In this document: positions 50,059 through 61,138 of the stretch, in pieces
Position numbering within the stretch: the stretch's first letter is position 1
Layout: every line of letters begins with the position of its first letter
Program-made: the position numbers and the translations under genes
The notes under the pieces: generated by a model
Told to the model about the DNA's origin: nothing
The model's database searches: none
The model's input: the letters and a program-made list of their open reading frames with translations, nothing else
Source: Octopus bimaculoides
Lineage: Eukaryota
Reading direction: 5' to 3'
Length of the DNA: 64,000 nucleotides
Assembly (NCBI RefSeq): GCF_001194135.2
Contig: NC_068985.1
Span: 122,191,052-122,255,051 of the forward strand

Positions 50059-52752
50059 ACTACTATAAGGAAGGCATCAAGCTGGCAGAACCATTAGTAG
50101 GCCAGGCAAAATGCTTAGCATTTCAAACCTTCTTTATGATCTGGGTTCAAATTATGTCGAGGTTGACTTTGCCTTTCACCCTTTTGGTGTCGATAAACTA
50201 AGTACCAGTCAATGTACTCGACTAGCCCCTTCCCTTTTCCCTCACATATTTCAGGCATTGTGCCTATTATAGAAAGAAATATTATTTCTATAAGGGTGAT
50301 GGATTGGTAGAAACCTTAAATCTTTGGACAAAAAGCTTTCTGATGTTTGTTCTGGCTCTTTACATTCTTAGCTCCAATTCTGCTGAGAGAAACTTCATGT
50401 TCATCTTTCTGGAGTCAGTTTAATTGACTAACCCTCTTCTCCACAAATTTGTGGTTTTGTGCCTATATTTGAAACAAAAAGGGTGGTAGATTAGCTGACT
50501 AGCTAAAGTATTGGACAAAATGTGTTTTGATATTTATTTTGGTTCTTTACGGTCTAAATTCAGATCATGCCTAGGTTAACTTAGTCTTTCATCTTCCAGG
50601 TTTGATAAAATACAGTACTAAACCATACCCTTCACAACTGCAGGTCTTGTTTTTGTTATTACCTTTACTACAATATTGAAATTGACTGCTTTTCTAACTG
50701 GTAAGTTTCTATTAAGGTGTGCTTCTCAAGCAAGAAACTCAAAGTAATGGAAAAGTAATACTCATTTGTGCATTTGTTGCCAAAGTTAAAAGTCAATGTA
50801 TCTATATACATATATCTTTGTATATGTGTATGCACACATAAAATGATCTTAGGGAAAAGGTCTCAAAGGCACCTAGTGCCATTCACTTCAGTAATGAAGT
50901 TAATGGGAGATATATCAAATGTTGTAGACAAAAGAGTCTCAGTTAGGAAAAGAAAACAAAACTTAACAGCAAATTTTAGCAAGTCTGAAAAGATGAGGGG
51001 AAATAGCTTATATGGTGAGAGAAAAAAAAGAAGTCTGTTATTTGTGTACAAGCAAAGACAACTCAGACATACTTCTGTCTTTTAGACTTCACCAGCACTA
51101 GTCTTAATAGTAGGGTTTTTTTTCTGTTTGTTTTTTTTGCCTCCTCTCCTATATACTCTACAAATTGAATCTTTTATCATGTTGTGTTTATTACTTTTTA
51201 GCTGAACAATGGATTGGCAGAATCATTAGAGCACCAGATAAAATGCCTTGCAGGATTTCTTCTGGCTTTTGATATTCTCTGTTGAAATCCAACCAAAGTC
51301 AGTTATATCTTTGATCCTTCTGAAGCTGATAAATTTCTGAGGTCGTTATAATCTATTATCTACTTCCAATTTGCTGGCCTTGTTCTTAAATTAGAAGCAA
51401 TTATTATTCTTTCGCTGGGTGGTGGATTGGCACAATCATTGAAGTGTGAAACAAAATGCCTTGTGGTATTTGTTTTGTCTTTGTCCTCAGTTCAAATTCT
51501 ACCATGGTCAACTTTACCTTTCATCCCTCTGGGGTTAAGCTGATAAAATATAATGCCAGTCAAGTACTGGGATAAATCTAATCAACTGCTCCAGATCTCT
51601 GAGCTTGTAACTATGTTAGAATCAATTATTACTCATTAGTTGTGTGTAGAGACAAACTTGCTAATTGGATATATTAATAAGGCAAGGGTTTTCAGTCTTA
51701 GCTCTGTTCTGTTGTGTGTGTGTTTCTTTAAATGTCTCTCTTTCTTGGCAGGACATTCAAATTTAATTCTGTGTGCCTCAATTCTTTTAAATATATTATT
51801 CATAGTGAGGAATGGAAGCTAGGTATACCAGAACTTGTGAAGTGATAGCATTTAAAATATAAAATGGCTTTGTAAACAGAGATAAGCTTTTTGTTTTGCA
51901 ATTCTCACTCACTACATAAATGGCTGACTATAAACTCTGGCCTTACATAACCTACATTAGATCCTAGGTCTTTAAAAGATATTCACCTTAGTTGTTCTGC
52001 CCTTTTGATTTGTTTATGAATATTTCTTGTAGAGTTTTTTAAAGGTAGTGAACTGGCAGAGTCATTAGCATGCCAGGCAAAATGTTTCACAGCTTTTGTC
52101 TGTTTTTATGTTCTGAGTTCAAATTCTGCCAAGGTCGACTTCACCTTTCGGGGTTGACGAAATAAGTACCAGTTAAGCACTGGGGTTGATGTAATTAACT
52201 TACCCCCTCTCCTGAAATTGCTGGCCTTGTGCCAAAATTTGAAACCAATATTTCTTGTATATTTTAAAATCTCTTACTCTTGGCCAATGGTTCGGTTTTG
52301 TTGTGACTTGTGTTTTGTTCCTGACTCAGCTGATTTGAGGAGGGACCCATATGTGCCTTCTCAACATCATATTCAATTTAATTCCTTTTCAGCTTATTTT
52401 ATGTTTTTTTTTTAATATATGTTGGTTACCTTGCACATTAATTTCTTTGTTTTTCTTCCTCAACTCCTTCCAATGACCTTATTTTAGTTTATTTATTGTT
52501 TTATTATTATTATTATTATTATAAAAATGGCAGTGAGCTGGAAGAATCATTAGAGTGTCAGAAAAAAATGCCTTGTAGAATTTCTTTCTTGCCCTTTACA
52601 TTCTGAGTTCAAATCCTGCTGAAGTTAATTTTGCCTTGTATCCTTCTGGGGTCAGTAGAATAAAATACCAGTCAAGTACTTTGGTCAATGTAATCAACTA
52701 ACCCTGTCTCTCTTCAAAATTGCTAACCTTGTTCCTAATTCAGAAACAATTA
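49812..52752 (+). mobile_element. Cluster of 8 same-strand SINE family C copies (others at 16890-17040, 17500-17630, 18300-18490, 20850-21260, 31800-31990, 45670-45890, 46000-46160, 62850-63060)
   Basis: Each copy follows GGTGAGCTGGCAGAA...TTCTGAGTTCAAAT...GTCGATAAAATAAGTACCAG...TTGCTGGCCTTGTGCCAAAATTTGAAAC(ATT)n. Confidence 0.8.
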
Positions 52753-52902
52753 TTATTGCAGTATTTTTTGTTCATCAATTTTGTTATCCACAACTAAAAA
52801 ATAAGCTGAAAATAACATTGTTTTTTTTTCTTTTATTGCTGTGCAAATAACATTAAAAAATGTTCTTGACTAACTTTGCTGAATATTTTGATATTTTGCC
52901 TG

Positions 52903-52943
<41 letters not shown>

Positions 52944-53187
52944 TACATACATGAGAATATCTAAAGTTTCTAGCATTTTTTCATTGAAGCTGAAACCTGA
53001 TCCTGTAAACTTGGCATACATGCATGAGCACACACACACTCAAAAACATACACTCTCTCACGCACTCATCACACCATGGTCTCTAATTTTTCATTTTTCT
53101 TTTTTTAGGTTTCTTTTTCTCAGGCTGTCTTCTGTAAAGTTGTATGTCATACAATAGGAAAATTTAGAAAATATTTCATACCTTACA

Positions 53188-53222
<35 letters not shown>

Positions 53223-53336
53223 CTATGTGTATATGTATATACACACATACATATATACATAAACATACACATACATATATAGTAGCATAGCTTGCATGAA
53301 GTGGTGTCTGATACATTTGAATGTTTCTGAATTTTT

Positions 53337-53655
53337 TTTTATAAAGCTGAAACATTGCAAGTTACTGGAAAACTTTACAGGTCGGTGGTTTGTACTTTTA
53401 CTTTATATTTCAATATTTGAGAGTTAGAACCCTTTTAGAAGAACTTCAGAGAAAACGTGTTGCAAGCTGAGTTTTCTGTTCAGAAGCATAAATACTGTGT
53501 GTCCAAAGCAGTTAAAGTCATGAGAGGTCAGCTCACAACACCATGTCTCTGGAGATTTCTTGATGAAAGGGTCCTAATTGCGAAATATTGAAATACAAGG
53601 CGAAAGTACAAACCATCGACTTCTAGTATTAATTATTGCATTGGCTTTATAAAAT
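53337..53655. mobile_element. MITE-like element with long imperfect TIRs
   Basis: GTCGGTGGTTTGTACTTTT...ATTTCAATATTT (~53381-53418) is the inverse of AAATATTGAAAT...AAAGTACAAACCATCGAC (~53583-53620). Weaker pairing extends outward. Confidence 0.6.
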
Positions 53656-53671
53656 AATAAATTAAAAGAAA

Positions 53672-53728
<57 letters not shown>

Positions 53729-53969
53729 TATATGTTTTTGTGTGTATGTGTGTGTGTGTCTGTATATTTCTTTGTGGATATTTATATGCTATATATATGT
53801 ATAAATCTATATACATGTATACATATGTGTAAAGATATGTGTTTTTGTGAGTGAATATACATATATAATGTTTGTGTAAAATATATATGCATGTATATAT
53901 ATATATATATATATATGTCTCCATATTTATACATGTATACATAATGCTTGCATATATATATATATATAT

Positions 53970-54023
<54 letters not shown>

Positions 54024-54050
54024 AGGTTTGGAGGTGATCTACAGATATAT

Positions 54051-54382
54051 ATTAGAAAAAATAAGGTACACAGAGATCTAGATGGTTGTACATATACAAA
54101 TATTTATTAACATGTCACTAATTTTTACAAATTTCATATAAGCGCTTTCATCTACTCTAATAGATTCTTCAGATTTAAATTTTGTGAAGGGATTTGTCTC
54201 TTTTTATAGTATTAGTGAATGACTAATACTATAAAAAGAGACAAATCCCTTCACAAAATTTAAATCTGAAGAATCTATTAGAGTAGATGAAAGTACTTAT
54301 ATGTGATTTGTAAAAACATGTGACATGAAATATTTGTATATGTATAACCATCCAGATCTCTCACTACCTTATTTTTTCTAAT
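54051..54382. mobile_element. Head-to-head Penelope-like pLTR palindrome with a hammerhead on each strand
   Basis: Perfect 72-bp arms (54145-54216 and 54222-54293) with diverged outer arms. Each strand carries CTGAAGA-atcta ttagag tagat-GAAAG. Confidence 0.65.
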
Positions 54383-55181
54383 GTATGTATGTATATATAT
54401 ATATATATATAAAATATGTCTCTATATTCATACATGTACATGTATACATAATGCTTGCATATATAATGTGTGTATATATATATATATACATAGATAGATA
54501 CACACAAATACACACACACACACACACACACACACGCATATATATATTTATTTAAATCCTCTCTGCCAAATAAATTGCTAGTTAAGTTATTGATTATGTC
54601 AGGGTTAGTATTAGCCTTGATCAATTAGATCTTTGATTTATGCTCAAAGGCATTCCAGCGATGACCATCTCATTTCATTCTTTTCCACTGATACAATGTA
54701 TCCAAGACTAAAATATCCAATGTATCCTTACTTATTTAAGAAGGTAGTGTGTGATTTGAGGGAGAATTGTCTGCTATTTCTATTTGGTTGTGACTTCCTA
54801 TAGGTTTTCCCTCTGGCTCATTGCTAGTTAAGTAGTAATGAGTAGTAGTAGTTTTAGTAGCTGTTGTAATATAGAGCCAGTATAGCAAACAGTTGTATTT
54901 AACAATAGTGATAGAAGTACTAATTTAAATTATTGGAACTGTATATCTTGTCACCAAAGACTTGGCCTTTGGAGATACCCTTGCACCAAATTTCTGGCAG
55001 TAACGTCCATTAACTCTCTTCAAGCCACCCTTTAATAGCAGTTAAGCAGCATAGTTGGGTGAAGTGAGTAAATTTTTTTCCTGTCAGAATCTAAAGAAGA
55101 GTTTGCAAATGAGAGGAGATCAACTCTACTAATGGACATTGGCAGTGAATAATACATTGCTGCATTTTAGTTTTATATACT

Positions 55182-55222
<41 letters not shown>

Positions 55223-56889
55223 TCTCTCGGCTCTTCAGTTTAATATTATGTACCATGCTATATACAGTGGTCAGTTCAAATCCCCTTTACCCTTTCCTGT
55301 TACAAGGGAAGAAAAAAAATTATTGGCCATACGCCAGCCCAGTCACAAAAAAAAAGGAAATTTTACCAAGATAGATCCAATGGCCATTGAGAATCTGTGT
55401 TATTTATTTTTTATTTTATTTATATCTTGTATTTATGAATATTGTTGTTGTTATAGCATTCTAACCAATCTTCTCTGGTTCACTTACAGATGAATAATTC
55501 TTGCAGTACCAGTGTTAAGGTATAGCTCCCTACCACTGCGTTGCCTCCATAATTGTGTGTGTATATAAATAATAATAATGTATTAGTTTAATATTTCAAC
55601 TTACCAACAGCACTTGTCCAACACATTGCAATTATAATGAAATATAAAATATAAGACTTATCCAGTTCTGTTTTGTTTCATTGTTTTCTTTTTACTTCAT
55701 TTTTCTCTATATATCCTTGAAATTATTAACAAATTCATTAGTTTCTTATAACTATATATTATATTACATATTTATTTAATTTATCTCAACAAGGAAAATT
55801 AAATGTTATATATATATAAAAAAATCTACAACTGTATAAAATAAACATATTTCTCTGAAAGAAGATGGTTGTGTACATGCCTATTTATCTAACAGACATT
55901 TAATACAAATATTTATTTGTGGGCTGGGAGGACACACATACAAACTCACACATACAAACATGATAAGCAAAAAACAAAGACAAAGAAAATATGACTTTAA
56001 GCAAACTATTACCCAAAGACTGAAATTGTTCCACAACAGCCTAATAGTTTTAAGGTCAGCACTTCACATAAATGCAAAAGCATTATATTATATATAATAT
56101 TCATATATAATATTGGCTTGATCTCACTGCTGTGTGGAACTATTCTCCATTGAACAAACAATATAAAGAGTATTTTTTTTCTTTTTTTCTGTATATTTTT
56201 GTTTGTTTCTGTTTTATGATTTAATTTATAAATGTTCAATCCATCAGTTCACTCATCACACTTTCTCAGGCTTAAAAAAAAAAGGTGGACCTGTGTTCAT
56301 TCCATGCCTAATGGCTAAAAAAGAGAAAAGAATATGAATTGAAAAAAAAAGTTAATAATTTGGTCAATAAGCCTTCTTCCACTTTTCTATTTTTTTTTTT
56401 TTGTTAAGGTGCCATACACACACACACAAAAAAACTACAAAAAATACACACATCCAAGAGACTGCACCATTCATTCCTTAATTGGTTTTAGTATAAAGAA
56501 ATCAATTAAGTAATCAAAGACAGTACTGTTTAGTTTTCCTTTGTTTTTATTTATCTTTTTTATTTTTTCTTGAACTCTGAAAGTATTAATGGAAGTAGCC
56601 AAAACAATTTAAGATTTTATTTGCTGTCCATTAATATATTTTCAAAACATTGTTCATGTGGTTCATTGGATGTTTGTTCTGACAACCTCATATTTATATA
56701 TACAACAAGTTAAAGTGGACTTTGTTATGTTTCGTGTGGAGTTTAAATAAATTATAATTTTTATGACTAAAAAAGAAAATTGTTTTGTCTTTTAAGTTAG
56801 TGTTTTTTGTTTTTTTTTTAAACTATATTTTTACTGCCATTTTCTTCTTATGCTTGCCTTTTACTATTTTTCTTGCTTCAGTCCATAGA

Positions 56890-57450
56890 CAGTGACCATG
56901 TTGGAAGAGTATTGGCAGCAGTGTGCATTATTACCTCTCCTTTTCATAATTTTTATCAACTGTATTCACATGCATAACTGTTTTGAAAGTGGTATCGCAA
57001 ACCATAAGTGTAGGATTGGTTGGCTGATATTTGCAGACAGCTTGGTGCTGGCTCAGGTGAGCTCCAGTATGCACTGAATGAGTCTGCTGCTGAGTGCTGC
57101 AAAGCAGAGTTGAGGGTCTTCCCAGTGCACTCTGCATGCTAGAGGAACATTACTTATACAAATAGAGAAGTCTAAGTATCTCATGGCTATATTCATGAGT
57201 ACTATGAGGCTGGAGGGTGAACTAGATGCTAGAAATGCAGGTGCTGACACAGTAACGTACCAATTCAAGCTTTTGATCCTCAGAAGAAGAGAGGTTGGTA
57301 AAAAAAAAAAAAAAAAAAAAAAGAAGCCAATCTCACTATCTTCAATTTGGTTTCCATGCTAATCCACACCTATGGTCATGAATGTTGGGTGATGACCAAA
57401 AGTGTATGACTATGAATACAAACAAGCAAAATGGGATTCCTTTGGAGGAC
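56890..57450 (+). mobile_element. RTE (BovB-like) RT remnant split by an A-run
   Basis: QCALLPLLFIIF...WLIFADSLVL...EKSKYL...THTYGHECWVMT, i.e. degenerate RT domains including F-A-D-D. Confidence 0.7.
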
Positions 57451-57454
57451 CTCT

Positions 57455-57928
57455 GGGACAATGTTAAACCTATATGTTGGGATCCTGAATTGGGCAGGGG
57501 AGGTATGGCCTGTGGTCCCAGCCTTGGATGAACCTTGAAACTAATGTTCAGGTCGTTTGGGCAATGCTGGCGGTATATTCTCCACATTGTACAAATGATG
57601 TACCGCTCGGGGCGGCGCTGGAGAGAGTAGAGCTTCAAGGCTTTACGGCGGTCCCAGTAATTGAGGTCAGCCATGCCTTCAATTCGTTTAGTGAGTGCCC
57701 TCTGGGGTGATTCAATCCTCGAGATGTTTTGTTTTGTATGGGGAGACCAGAAGGGGCAGCAGTATTCGAGGTGTGGCCGTACAAAGGAGGAGAAAAATGG
57801 AATGATGACACCTTGTTCTCTGGACCGGAAGGTTCTTAAGATCCAGGAGCTCATCCTATGAGCTATATTGACCTTATTGTTGATGTGGGCACTCCAATTG
57901 AGATTGTTATAAACAATTACACCCAGAT
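57455..57928 (-). mobile_element. CR1 LINE fragment
   Basis: SWILRTFRSRE...FVRPHLEYCCPFWSPH...KALKLYSLQRRPERYIICTMW. Confidence 0.88.
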
Positions 57929-57944
57929 CTGATATTATTGGATG

Positions 57945-59074
57945 CCGTGAACGGTTCCCCTGAAGGAAGAGAGTATGGCTGTTTTAGTATAGAATTTCTT
58001 CCAAAATGCATCAGCTCAAATTTTCCTTCATTCAGTTGCATTTTGTTTTTGTCTGGAAAACATAATAGTCAGTTGGTGCAAGTCTGGTGGATGACCGAAT
58101 ACTTCCAAGTTCAGCTCCTGTAACTTGAGTGGCATTCTTTGTGCAGCATGAGGTCGAGCATTGTCTTGCAAGAGAATTGGCCTGTCTCTATTGACTAATC
58201 TCAGTTGTTTAATTGAAAGTTCATTCATCATTTCATCTAGTTAGTTGATGTATACATTCTCTGTAATTGACTTATGAAGTCTCATGAAGCTGTAGTGGAT
58301 GACACCGGTGCTAGACCACCAGACAACATTAGCTTTTTTTGGTGAATATTCTTTTTTGTATTGTGGTTTGGCACTTTGTTTCTATCCAACCATCATACAG
58401 AACACTTGCTATTGTTGAAAAGTATCCATTTTTCATCACACGTAATGTGATGCAAAAATGGTTTGCTTTTATGCCGTAACAGCAAAGAACAGCAAGTTTC
58501 AAGATGACATGTCATTTGATGCTCATTCAGTTCGTGTGGTACCCACTTGTCCAGCTTCTTTACCTTACCAATTTGTTTCAGATGGTCCAATACAGTTGGA
58601 ATCGAAGCATCAAACTTTGCTACTAATTCACGCATAGTTTGAGATGTATCCGCTTCCACTACAGTTTCCAGCTCATCATTATCCATCTTGATCTCAGGTC
58701 TACCACGGGGCTGATTTTCAAGAGTAAAGTCACCAGACCTGAACTTCTCAAACCATCAACATATTGTGCACTCATTCGTCACATCTTCATCAAATATTTC
58801 TTGATGTTTTGAGCTGTCTGGGATGCATTGGTTCCATGACAGAACTCATATTCATAAACAACACAAATTTTTGATCTGTCCACAGGTTCACAAAAATTGA
58901 TTTACAAGAGAAAACTCACAATGTAATCAGACACCATGAATTGCATTTCGAAAAGTGATGATGTAACTCTTCAATGTTGTAAAACAAAGAATTGTCAGGA
59001 TAAAATATTAGAGTTAATGACTGTCAAACTTGGTGCATAAAAAAATCAGACATTTCATTCTTAATGACCTGATA
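57945..59074 (-). mobile_element. Decayed mariner transposon, 3'-truncated
   Basis: KLDKWVPHEL, ITCDEKWILF and LLQDNARPH motifs. The 5' TIR-like end reads TATCAGGTCATTAAGAATGAAATGTC. Confidence 0.88.
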
Positions 59075-59602
59075 CTTTGTCAATGTCCTTCTTTCAATCA
59101 CTGAATGTGAATTATAGTGGTTTGCTATTAGCTAATAACCTCTGCAGTTGTCTTACTAAGAACAGAGCATGGTTGGTCTCTCATCTGGCAGAATCCCAAC
59201 AACTCATCTTAGCTAATTCTCTTCCTAATTATTTGGAAACTTGACCTGTTAACTTGATGCACTTCTCTTTACCAATCCGTATACTGTCAGATTGTCACAC
59301 AATCTGTGACATAGCACAGCTCTGATCTTCATGATGTAGGATATTGGCAAAACTTTTACTTGCAGCTTTTCTCTTAACTAGGTTTACCTGATGTATAAAT
59401 ACATGGTACCATTCTTACCACTCACTCTCTTTTTTTCATCCTTTACAAGCCTGTTTCTTGGCTTTTATGGATCCATTTGTTGTACCCAGGTCGGATTTAC
59501 TGGCAATAAGAAGGTAGGATCCCTTCATATGGAATTGGTCCTACAAAAATGCATAGGACCATTGAAGTGAAAAACAAATTGGATAAAAATTCACAGCGTA
59601 TG

Positions 59603-59679
<77 letters not shown>

Positions 59680-59777
59680 TGGCTGATGACTAGCAGCAAC
59701 CAAAGAGTTAAAGGATTTGGAACCCACTAATTTTAACAACTATAACAAATTCATAACACTATCTATGATTCTAAGTT

Positions 59778-59814
<37 letters not shown>

Positions 59815-60813
59815 ATGTGCACGCGTGTGTGCACACAGAAAGAGAGAGATAGTAAGTATATGTGAATTTTAATGGATCTGCTATGACTAGATTTAAAAAT
59901 ATTCCCCAGAGCTTCCCAAGTTTACAGATTTTATTTTTTTAGTCTACCACAGAAAATAAATACTCACACACACACATCAATGTATGAAAGTGAACATATG
60001 GAGGGCTGAAACTAAATGCTGTAATGCATACACTTGATAACAACAGCAACAAGAACAACAACAGTAATCATATTGACAACAAACAAGAACATCAACAACA
60101 ATAGCAAAGAGAAATTTTCTGGATACAGTCATATCCAGAGATAACAGCAATAGAGCGAGGGAAAAAGAAGGGAAAGAATCAATAGATATGGGTATATATA
60201 GAAAGACAGGGAGTTATACAATGCATAATCCCATGGTTCTAGGCATTGTTCTGTAAGTGAAACAAATGATATATTGTTAGTTTTGCTTGTTGCCAAATGT
60301 GTAGACGTTTTAATATGATATCAGCATTATTGAATAAACCAGCATATATTAATGGCACAAACATATATATATATATATGAATAAATACACTGTTATGCAT
60401 TCACACATACACACAGGCATATAATTATATGTATGTATAAGTAAACACTCACACATACACAAAAGAAATAGTCCAGCATAAATATGCATATATGAATAAA
60501 TAAGAATTGATGAGGAGTTATGTTAGGTCTGTTTGCCTGGCTCTCTGTATTATATGCATAAAGAGACAGATATATGAGCATGTGTATGTATATGCATATG
60601 TGTATCTGCATATACGCATATATATTTAATATTTATACATTAATTTTGCATGTGTGCGTGAGTAAGTAAGTATGTGTGTGTGTGTGTGTGTTATAATTTA
60701 GTGAATGAAACCAACATTGGCAACTACTGTGACAGGTTTTTTGCCTGAAAATCATGCTATTCTTTTGGTTACTATGGTATTGCATACTTTTTCTGCCATT
60801 CATTGGTATTGCT

Positions 60814-60852
<39 letters not shown>

Positions 60853-61095
60853 CTCGTCGTCGTCGTTTAACATCCGCTTTCCATGCTAGCATGGGTTGGA
60901 CGATTTGACTGAGGACTGGTGAAACCAGATGGCTACACCAGGCTCCAATCTGATTTGGCAGAGTTTCTACAGCTGGATGCCCTTCCTAACGCCAACCACT
61001 CAGAGAGTGTAGTGGGTGCTTATATATATATATAAATAATATATATATATATATATATATATACACTTTTTACCTGTAATTTTGNNNNNNNNNNN

Positions 61096-61138
<43 letters not shown>

